Below, in pieces: positions 54,168 through 64,000 of a stretch of DNA of 64,000 bases (position 1 is its first letter; each line of letters opens with the position of its first letter). The notes under the pieces are model-generated. The model worked only from the letters and a program-made list of their open reading frames with translations. It did no database searches and was not told where the DNA came from. Both the position numbers and the translations under genes were made by a program. This DNA comes from Octopus sinensis (Eukaryota): the NCBI RefSeq assembly GCF_006345805.1, contig NC_043005.1, forward strand, positions 82,832,001 through 82,896,000, given 5' to 3'.

Positions 54168-54936
54168 CTGGTTGTAAAATCTCTTCGCACATAAAATAGT
54201 ATATACTCTTTTTATCAATACATACAGAACTGCTTTATCGGATATGTTTCTATCTCTTTAGTCCTCTGCCCTGCTGATGGCAGAGCTTCAAACTTCATGA
54301 ATGAAATATATTATGCAACAAATAATTTTAAATGTTCCTTCATTCTTTTACGTATTTTAGTTATAAGGCAATGGATATGAATGAGCGCCCTTTATCGCAT
54401 TAGCAAAAATATAACAATGAAATATAGACAACCAAATGAATGATGGATACATGAACATACGCCCATAAATATAAAGAGTAAAGTAAAGCATTAGAAACTA
54501 AAAACAAACGACACACTGTTACTCTCCTCAATCACCAATCGAATCAAAGAATTTAAATTTAAAAAATAAGTCTAAATCGATGGATATGACAAAATGAAAT
54601 ATAATGTGTCACAACAGTTCTTACCTAATGATCGTTTTCGTAAGAAACTTAATAGGTAGAAAATGTACAATCCAGTGGTACATTTGCGTTTGCATTTGCA
54701 CCTTTCTGCTGAGAGCGCTTAATAACAGGTGATCATTCTTAGCCCCCCCCCCATTCAGAATTCGTGAGTGCCTCTCACAAAGAACATTAAGTTCTAGAGC
54801 CGATATAATCAATTTAAACTCCTCAAGATGATGGGTAGGTATAGAGACAATCCTGTGATAAATAAACTTGGAAGTATATGTCGATGGCGCTCTCACTTTC
54901 TCTGTCTCTCTCGCTCTCTTTCTCTCTCACCCCTTT

Positions 54937-55003
<67 letters not shown>

Positions 55004-55320
55004 TATAATATACATATATATATACATATATATATACATATATATACACACATATATACATATACATATATATAAAATTATACTCACATATTTTACACTT
55101 TTATCATGGTTTTATCAGGTTTTTTACTTTTATTCTATTTCTATTTTTACTTTATAACCTTATGCCTTTACATTATTATATTTCTTTATATTTCTTTATA
55201 CCCCCTTTACATCTCCTTACAACTCTTTATATCTTTATCCTCTACATTTATATATTCTATACTTACACTTTTTATACATTTTTATCCCTCGTCCCGAACT
55301 CTCGTACTCCTCCGTCTTCA

Positions 55321-55625
55321 CCTCTATATATGTATTTATTTATTTACATTACCTCAACATCTAATTTTCCTCATTCTACATTGAGAGAAGAAAGAGATGG
55401 ACGCTTCAATTCTATGCTGCTGCCGCATTATGTCGTACGTGAATGAGAGGATTTGCATCCCCAACCAAGAATTTTGATGTAACACATGTCCTTGTGGAAG
55501 CTGTTGTGCGCGGCTGAAGAAGGCCACAGACATACATTATGCATTGTTATAAATCTGTCTAATAAAGGCCCGAAACATATGTACCGCTGAATCCTTCGCA
55601 TCATGTTTTTATTTTATTTTGATCA

Positions 55626-55627
<2 letters not shown>
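55321..55627 (+). repeat. Direct repeat copy 1 (PLE pseudo-LTR-like; the element probably extends 5' to ~55075)
   Basis: Identical to 56753-57060 except for one T in a homopolymer. Confidence 0.95.
55507..55600 (+). ncRNA. Type I hammerhead ribozyme, copy 1
   Basis: GCGG CUGAAGA aGGCC ACAGA..UCUGU..GGCCc GAAA CAUAUG UA CCGC, with predicted cleavage after 55583. Stem III is palindromic (ACAUAUGU), and there is an A.C mismatch at the base of stem II. Confidence 0.8.
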
Positions 55628-55707
<80 letters not shown>

Positions 55708-55750
55708 CACATATATATTATACACACACACACATATATAGACAGAGAAC

Positions 55751-56754
55751 GGGTACGTCAGATATTTGAGGACAGATTTATGTTTATATAAAAACAGATA
55801 ATAGCAGATATAAATTTTATTTATCAAAAAATGTTATGTGGATAAAAATAAACCTTCCTTTTTATAATGTTATTCAATGAAGCTTCAATAACTTTTTCTA
55901 TATGAGATCTAAGTCAACTACATGCTCGAATCAAGTGATCCAGGTTCATTTTGGACATTACTCTGACTATGGCAGCTTTCAAAGAATCTTAGGTGTTATG
56001 GGCGTGTTCATTGACCTCTCAACAACGTTGCACATGTAATTGTCCAATGGATTGAGATCTGGGGAATTAGGAGGACAAATGTTCGGGGATATGTGATCAT
56101 GAAAATTTTCAGCCTATCCATTCCTGTGTTACTAGAGTCATGTGTAATAGTGCAGACTCTTACTGAAACACATATGGCCTTCCATTGCATACCCTGTCTA
56201 TCCAGAGCTTAACAATAACTTCCAGGACCTCAATGTAGGCGGCAGAGTTAACTCTAAGTTCTTGTGGAAAGAACTAACGAGGCATCGCATGACCTTCATT
56301 GCTGACAAATCCTAAACCCATGGAAGTTGCAGGAAATTTTGTATCCATTACACTTTGACATTTCTCCATCATATAAAACTTATATCTGATGTCTTCGTGG
56401 ACAACATTTCTGAAACATGGAGATCTTTTGCAATTGACCTCATGGAGTTTCTGGGATTGTAATCATTGGTCTGTTGAACTTGCTGGATAAATTCAGGTAC
56501 TTATAATACTTATGATACGTTACTATCTTCAGTCTCTACCTTCTTACAAACTTTGTAGACGATAGATCAGGCAAATTTTAAAAATTGAGTTATTTCTAAA
56601 TCACTCTGCTCAGCCTTTATAATCATAACAACAGCATGCCTCTTCATTTCTTGAGTAGTCTGCCATTATTATTTTCTGAAATAAAGTTTATACAGTTAGC
56701 AAAAAACGCAGCAAGGAGCCCCAAAAAGTATGCTCTCAAATACCTTACGCACCC
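55751..56754 (-). mobile_element. Tc1/mariner DD37D (maT-type) transposon relic, internally deleted, with TIRs
   Basis: ..NPRNSMRSIAKDLHVS..; YVFQ*ESA..(37 aa)..CPPNSPDLNPLD. TIRs gggtacgtcagatatttgag (55751-70) and ctcaaataccttacgcaccc (56735-54), 17/20 match. Confidence 0.82.
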
Positions 56755-57060
56755 TCTATATATGTATTTATTTATTTACATTACCTCAACATCTAATTTT
56801 CCTCATTCTACATTGAGAGAAGAAAGAGATGGACGCTTCAATTCTATGCTGCTGCCGCATTATGTCGTACGTGAATGAGAGGATTTGCATCCCCAACCAA
56901 GAATTTTTGATGTAACACATGTCCTTGTGGAAGCTGTTGTGCGCGGCTGAAGAAGGCCACAGACATACATTATGCATTGTTATAAATCTGTCTAATAAAG
57001 GCCCGAAACATATGTACCGCTGAATCCTTCGCATCATGTTTTTATTTTATTTTGATCAAT
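56753..57060 (+). repeat. Direct repeat copy 2 (may extend 3' to ~57132)
   Basis: Matches 55321-55627. Confidence 0.95.
56940..57033 (+). ncRNA. Type I hammerhead ribozyme, copy 2
   Basis: Same sequence as 55507-55600; predicted cleavage after 57016. Confidence 0.8.
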
Positions 57061-57127
57061 ATACTCCACCACCTACACCACCAGACGGTATACACAGGTG
57101 CTTATAATTATCAAGTACTCACCCCGA

Positions 57128-57171
<44 letters not shown>

Positions 57172-57267
57172 AACTTAAAAATGGTCTATGACTATTTAAT
57201 TTTTTCCCACTAGGCGCTGGTGGCAAAAAAATTCTACAAAATTTTTTGCCACCCTATATTGATTGAT

Positions 57268-57290
57268 TATATATTATATATATATTATAT

Positions 57291-57336
<46 letters not shown>

Positions 57337-57363
57337 CACAGAGAGGGAGAGTTAGTTAGTTAG

Positions 57364-57442
<79 letters not shown>

Positions 57443-57605
57443 CAGATAGATAGATAGATAGATATGCATTCACTTTTATATAGATATATGAAAAGGCATA
57501 TAAAAATCATCCCCATATACACACATACACACACACAACATGCACACACAGACACACATGCACACACAGATGCACAACATATACGCGCGCGCACACACAC
57601 ACATA
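57268..57605. repeat. (TA)n/(GATA)n/(CA)n arrays
   Basis: Directly visible. Confidence 0.95.
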
Positions 57606-58988
57606 CTAGAAAATATATGCATATAATATTTCTGTATTCTGCATACGTTTGATTTACACATAATTCATGAATCCTCTTTAGTTCTTTAGTTCTTCAGTTC
57701 CAAAATTCTTTCGATTATCGTCATGCAGCTAAATTTAGATATCACTTGTCTTATGTGGAAAAGTCAAAAACATTATATTTTTTCTTTTCGTTTGCAAATG
57801 ATATATTGATTATTTATACTAAGAAGATAGTTTTCGACGCCATAAGACTTAAATGGCATGGAACTCTATGATTTGTCCATGTTGCGTGTATGTGCGGAAA
57901 ACGAAAGCCAGGCCAAAGCTTATGGTTCGCGTGCTATATTTTCTAATTATTTGTGCAGCTCATGATAAAAATATACAAGGCATGTTTCTAGCTTGTGCTA
58001 TGTGCAATATATTTACTGACAAAAATTAAAACCCTGTTCGATATTTAATACTTTACATTATCTATTTAATCGGAAATATCATGAAAACAGTTTATCCTAG
58101 TTGTTAAGATATGTCGGCACGAGAAAACTATTTGATTTTCATCCAACATTTGGAAGAAAACAAAACGTGGAGATGATGGACAGGTACAGTAAAATACCTG
58201 GATAAATGATACACTACATCTACTTTCGCTCTTCTATATTCTGAATTCAAATCGCAATACGATCTTGTTTACATTGGAATAGTATATAGTTTATATATAC
58301 ATTTTCTATTACAATTTCTATCTTTTTCCAGAAGCACCGTTGGCTACAGGTTCTATCATCATAAAACATCATTTCTTCAGCTTCTTGATGGCATTTATGT
58401 CCTATGCCGATTGCTGGTATTATCAGTAAGCAAATATTAGCAAAAGGCATGCAGACACACGCGCGCGCGCACACACACTTACTCACACACACATACACGC
58501 GCATGCGTACTTACTCACACACACAAAGTCATTTAAACAAATACACACACTCATGAACACACATAGGCATAAATATATCGAGATATATCACAGGCTACCG
58601 GAAAATATGCAGCTCCCAAATTCTTCTAATAATATACGGGTCAAACTTGAGGATTGGTAACTGATACTTGCCCATACTTTGTGCAATGGATTCGAATCAT
58701 AAACAATATAGTTGCCAAGCAATCAATTAACCATACAATCATATCTGAAGTGAACTCATTTGCATTTGTCTTTCCATTCCTTTCATGCGAGAAAAATATT
58801 AATATAAAAATTAATATTTTATGAAGTAGATTGCTGTGGACACCCAACTTTCGGTGGCTGGTCTTAGACTGTATTGCGATTGTTAAAGTAAACTCCTATG
58901 TAACTGACCCAATAAACCGCACTGTAGTTGATCCAGTAAAATACAATGATTCACTACACAGTAATATTGTCTACTACATTACTAGACA

Positions 58989-59153
58989 GGCGCAGGAGTG
59001 GCTGTGTGGTAAGTAGCTTGCTAACCAACCACATGGTTCCGGGTTCAGTCCCACAGCGTGGCATCTTGAGCAAGTGTCTTCTGCTATAGCCCCGGGCCGA
59101 CCAATGCCTTGTGAGTGGATTTGGTAGACGGAAACTGAGAGAAGCCTGTCATA

Positions 59154-59200
<47 letters not shown>

Positions 59201-59422
59201 TTGTGTGTCTGTGTTTGTCCCCCTAGCATTGCTTGACAACCGATGCTGGTGTGTTTACGTCCCCGTCACCTAGCGGTTCAGCAAAAGAGACCGATAGAAT
59301 AAGTACTGGGCTTACAAAGAATAAGTCCCGGGGTCGATTTGCTCGACTAAAGGCGGTGCTCCAGCATGGCCGCAGTCAAATAACTGAAACAAGTAAAAGA
59401 GTAAAAAAGAGAGTAAAAGAGT
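58989..59422 (+). mobile_element. CORE-type tRNA-derived SINE, full length
   Basis: GGCGCAGGAGTGGCTGTGTGGTAAG..GGTTCAGTCCC..cttgagcaagtgtcttc..(TA)n..gtcccgggg..AGTAAAAG tail; near-identical to 7914-8305. Confidence 0.92.
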
Positions 59423-60539
59423 AATATAGAGTAAATGGACAATATAGAGTAAATTCCAAAGTACTTAATCCAATATACTGTACAAGTAAACAACATTGTA
59501 GTTGTGCGAAAAGACTCTACAGTTGTTGACCTAGAAAACTGCAAGTGAAGTGATAGCTTGTAGTGTGATTGAACAGACAGTACAATATTTTTCATACAAT
59601 AGACTTCACACTGTGTTTACTATGGTTGATGCAACAGCATATAGTGGTTGGTTCAATTATCTGCTGTCGTTGATCAATTAGACACGCTATTGAGGTAAAT
59701 TCAGTAGTATAACATGGTTGATCTTTAAATTGTGATTATTGAATAGATTATCGTGATTGATAATATTCAATTAAGAAAAGAATACGAGTATAGTCCTTTT
59801 TTCAGTAAAGACATTTTCAAAATAATTATGCCCTTTTCTGTTAAAGAAAAAACACAAACTTGTACTCACTTAAGATAAACTAACTAAACTCTATTCAGTC
59901 TTATACGCTCGCCGCCTTTTATTATGAAACTGAAGACAGGGAGACTCTACATGCTCACAAGATTTGCTTGTAAAAACTCTAGATGTTTTTCCTTTCTTAA
60001 AAGCTAAACAGACTTAAAACAGAGGAATAGTACCGTCGATAATAATGTATTCATACAAACACAAAAGAAATGCAAAACAAGAATATGCAGCCGTGGCTGG
60101 AACACTAATGAACATAGGTCATCTCATGCAGGGCTAACATAGAATACATACGGCCTCGGTCAAGGAATCTTTATATGTAGATAGATTAGGCTGTGTTAGA
60201 TTACATGTTTAAATAGATTAGGTCATTGTGGATTACGGGTTTTGGCGTAGCAACATTTTCAGCGTTGATATGTCAAAACTAGATTCAAACAAGCGATATT
60301 TTGGAGAATCCTTTGATATCATATGGAGCCAGCTATCCAAATCTCTTATATTGTGCAATCACTGAATCATACATTGCTTCGAATTACAAATCCGGAGACT
60401 CATAGCTTAGGGAAAAATACATGTCTAGAAATGTTTAGAATACAATTCGTTTTATATGTGTTGCTACTTTTTCCCCGTCTCGCCAAGACATGTTTTATCT
60501 TTTCATAAGTACGACTGATATTTTTCTGAGTAGTAGTTG

Positions 60540-60541
60540 AT

Positions 60542-60593
<52 letters not shown>

Positions 60594-60704
60594 AATATAG
60601 ATATACAGACAGATAGACATAAAGATAGATAGATATAGATATCATCAACGTATGTATATGTATATATATTTATATATAAATGTATATATGCAAATACATG
60701 CATC

Positions 60705-60760
<56 letters not shown>

Positions 60761-60788
60761 CACACATAGGTACATGTATGTATGTATG

Positions 60789-60844
<56 letters not shown>

Positions 60845-60930
60845 CACATATGCATATGTACATTTATTCATGTATATATTCATATATATTATATTTGTGT
60901 GTGTGTGTGTGTATTTATATATATACATAC
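60540..60930. repeat. (GATA)n/(TA)n/(TG)n arrays
   Basis: Directly visible. Confidence 0.95.
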
Positions 60931-61925
60931 AACCACACAAAAATAGTTCTCAGGCAAATCACGTGACATTTGCATAGTCTACTGCTGAATTGGATGTAAG
61001 AGAATTTTTCTTTGAACGAACATTTTCTATAGATATTCAAGTTAAGTTAAGTTCACGGCATCCGTCCAAGAACCTGCTTGGCAAAGAATTGAGAGCTGCG
61101 CATATAAATCAAAAGAAACTCATAAGAAGTAACATAGTTACGATAAATACAGGAATTATGCTGTTCTGCAGCAGTAATCGCCAGAGCTTACAAATTAACT
61201 AAGTGCGTGCCAAGGCCTCGATTTCAAAAAATAGAAACTATGACTGGAAATTGAAGTATTTCATTCTCAGACAAAAATCAGTCAACTGTAAAATATTTAT
61301 TTTCCTTTTTATTTGTAACATTAGAGAACGGGAAAGAAACGTTACACCGTCGTATGCTTCCGGTTAATTGAATATCTTTGAACAAGAGTTCGCTCCCTGT
61401 TTGCGTTATTTAATTTCAAATCTCCCGCATACGTACGATTCCAGCGTTATGTGCCCTCAACGAATAATCTACTTCGATGTACATGACGCTTCAAAAACGG
61501 AGGAAAGTCTGTATAGTCTATCTATCTGCTGGAAATAACAATCAAATTGCTTCGAAATCAAACACCACTGTTGTATAGAACAAAGGATGAAATAGACCAG
61601 GAACTGGCTAAGTAGTCAATGTTGATCACTATGGGATATATGTGGTTATCGAAGGGGATGATGAATATTAAATATTGAACAATATCAATGGATAGCACTG
61701 AAATTTTAATGTTCTTCATCAATTTCAATTAATTACTTTAAAGATTTCTTACTAAAAAGCGGTAATGACACGCAAGAAGGAAGGAAATGGTCTCTTTAAC
61801 TCAAGAAATGCTTTAATTAATTATAGTTTTCAGTTTTATTTCAGAAATTTACACGTGTAAGTCAATAAGTTATGAACGATTCCACGACTCTCTCTCGCCA
61901 CCGTCCGATACATTTCTGTACAACT

Positions 61926-62095
61926 AAGTCGGTGACCTGGCAGAACCGTTAGCACGCCGGACAAAATGCTTAACAGTATTCCGTTCGTCGTTACGTTCCA
62001 AGTTCAAATTCCAACGAGGTTGACTGTTTTTCATCCATTTGTAATCGATAAAATAAATAATAGTTGATGGCTGGGGTCGATATAAACGACTTACT
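61926..62095 (+). mobile_element. MetaSINE
   Basis: ggtgacctggcagaaccgttagcacgccggacaaaatgcttaacagtatt..gttcaaattccaacgaggttgac. Confidence 0.8.
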
Positions 62096-62917
62096 TTATT
62101 ACTATATTTGAACCTAATATATTTCTGTGTGACTATTCTTAGATAACTAGTCGAGAAGTATACGGCGAAGAGTTAAGTCTCTTAATTCTGGTTTCCGAGA
62201 TAGATGCCCAATGATAATATTCAGAACAATAATTGAAAGAGCAACTATGATAATAGCTATTGCTCCTAGAAAAGATTCAATTTAAGAGGTGACAAAATTG
62301 TAATTAGATTACTAAATTTCACATAGAATTTGTCTGAGATAAACATTTCCAAGCAGCAATGCTTCCCCAGTAGTTTAACCGATAGCAGTGAATTTAAGAT
62401 ATTAAGCGATCAATTCGTGTTCGTGTAGTCCACGTAGATTTTCTTAACCTTCAGAAAATAAACAAAGCAAGAAGCAAAACACACATTAATGCAACCTATT
62501 AATAATTTCTATCGCTGTTGGTTGTCTAAAGCAAGCGAGTGAAGTCGAGCAAAAGACATAGATTACGTAGTTACCTTTCATAAAACGCAACGTAAACCAA
62601 TGATGTGTATTTCATTAGCTTTATGGTCTAATAAAGGAGTTAAATTGAAAACGATAACTAGCAACATACAGATTAAGCGGACGTAACACTGGTGCGGAAA
62701 ATAAAACAAATAATCGGCCTTACGGTTTCATTTTCCATGTATAGTAATAATGTTACTGTCATAAACATGATTATTATTTTGTTTCTGCGGTCATACTAGA
62801 GCACCACCTATGCGAGTACTAACTAATTGTATTGTTATATGCAACGTGTAACAAAACCGGAGGCTCACGTTTTGAATTCTCTGAAGTAACAGCAGAGATC
62901 CGCATTGACTCGAGTTA

Positions 62918-63112
62918 CATGCATACATACATACATACATACATACATACATACATACATACATACATACATACGTACGTACGTACATACATACATAAAT
63001 ACATACATACATACATACATACATACATACATACATACATACATACATACATACATACATACATACATACATACATACATACATACATACATACATACAT
63101 ACATACATGCAT
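62918..63112. repeat. (CATA)n microsatellite
   Basis: Directly visible. Confidence 0.97.
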
Positions 63113-63124
63113 GAGCTAAATATT

Positions 63125-63300
63125 GCCAACAAATGTACATCCTCAGTAGACATGCACGGTATTCCATACGCCAGACGATGTCCAAGTGATCACATGAAAT
63201 GAAGCGTTTTCCTCAGGAACACACTTCCAGGTGTGGGAATCGAAACCACCAACTCGCAATCGTGGGTGCAACGCCTTAACAACTAAGCCACGTGCTCTCC
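63125..63300 (-). mobile_element. tRNA-derived SINE head (third family)
   Basis: Minus strand cgtggcttagttgttaagg..gtttcgattcc..gtgtgttcctgaggaaaacgcttcatttcatg, homologous to 63660-63780. Confidence 0.7.
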
Positions 63301-63659
63301 CATACAGCTCATGTACAGCAATTGGTTGAGTAACTTTCTCGGACACGAGAAGCTACCAATCACATACATATGTTCATATGTGTATGAACTTATGTACGAT
63401 TGTATGTATCTATATTAACATGATAAAGAAAACTGGATGATCACAGACTTTCTTTGAAAGTGTTATCCTGGTGGTAAGCAACAGCAATAACCACAACAGC
63501 AATTGTCCTGTCCAATTGAATGAACTGCTGAATTTAGCACCGATAATTCGCTTAACTCAAGCTCAGGTATTGTAAGCATGTTAGTTAAGGTTATCCTTCA
63601 GATGGCTTCAAGGTGGAAATTTTTCTTTCAGAAATTACCTTGGGTCAACTTGGCCAGCT

Positions 63660-64000
63660 TGGGTGCATGGTTTAGTGGTTAGTTTATTCGGCTCACGATC
63701 GTAAAGTCTTGAGCTCGATTCTCGGCGTTGTGTCCTTGAGCAAGACACTTCATTTCATGTTTCTCCAGTCCACTCACCTGGCGAAAATAAGTTGTACCAG
63801 TTATCCAAACGGTCAGCTTTGTCAGACTGTGAGACGCTGAATGTCCCCAAGGACTACGTTAAGGGCATGTCTGCGGAGTGTTCAGCCACTTGCACGTAAA
63901 TTTCAGGATTAGGTTGTTCAGTTGACGATATCAACTAGTACACTCATCGTCGCAACCGACGGAGAGCCAGGCCCACCTGCGACTAAACAACAACAACAAC
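63660..64000 (+). mobile_element. tRNA-derived SINE (third family) with (CAA)n tail
   Basis: catggtttagtggttag (A box), gctcgattctc (B box), gtgtccttgagcaagacacttcatttc (CORE-like); ends actaaacaacaacaac. Confidence 0.75.

Noticed and set aside
54230-54300. Hairpin ctctgcc/ggcagag next to minus-strand GAAACAUAU
   Set aside because: No CUGANGA core and no valid cleavage triplet.
58989-59065. tRNA gene
   Set aside because: It has A/B boxes but no complete cloverleaf and continues into a SINE body; the same applies to the other SINE heads.

Overview
This is AT-rich eukaryotic non-coding DNA packed with microsatellites. The SINE families suggest a coleoid cephalopod (octopus-like), which is an inference from recalled repeat families. 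I cannot support any intact host protein-coding gene, rRNA, tRNA or CRISPR array, and almost every ORF in the track is a translated (TA)n/(CA)n/(TAA)n/(GATA)n/(TATG)n repeat. The window mostly holds decayed mobile elements: R4/Dong-type LINE ends (restriction-like endonuclease) inside (TAA)n arrays, an RTE LINE, CR1-like fragments, four Penelope-like element (PLE) fragments, Tc1/mariner relics (DD34D-like, DD37D, DD41D), a MITE, a solo LTR and many tRNA-derived SINEs. Four things stand out. (1) Two near-identical ~307-bp direct repeats (55321-55627, 56753-57060) each carry a type I hammerhead ribozyme with a palindromic stem III, and they flank a captured DD37D transposon; this resembles a retrozyme with a predicted 1433-nt monomer. 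(2) There is an intact minimal hammerhead at 49133-49167 (-) plus decayed relatives. (3) A recursive-splice-site motif at 43260/43261 (-) has a branch point, a pyrimidine tract, CAG|GTAAGT and a second donor 53 nt downstream. (4) About 16 co-oriented MetaSINE copies are stacked in 30.4-35.0 kb. All calls were made by eye without alignment tools, so boundaries of decayed elements are approximate.
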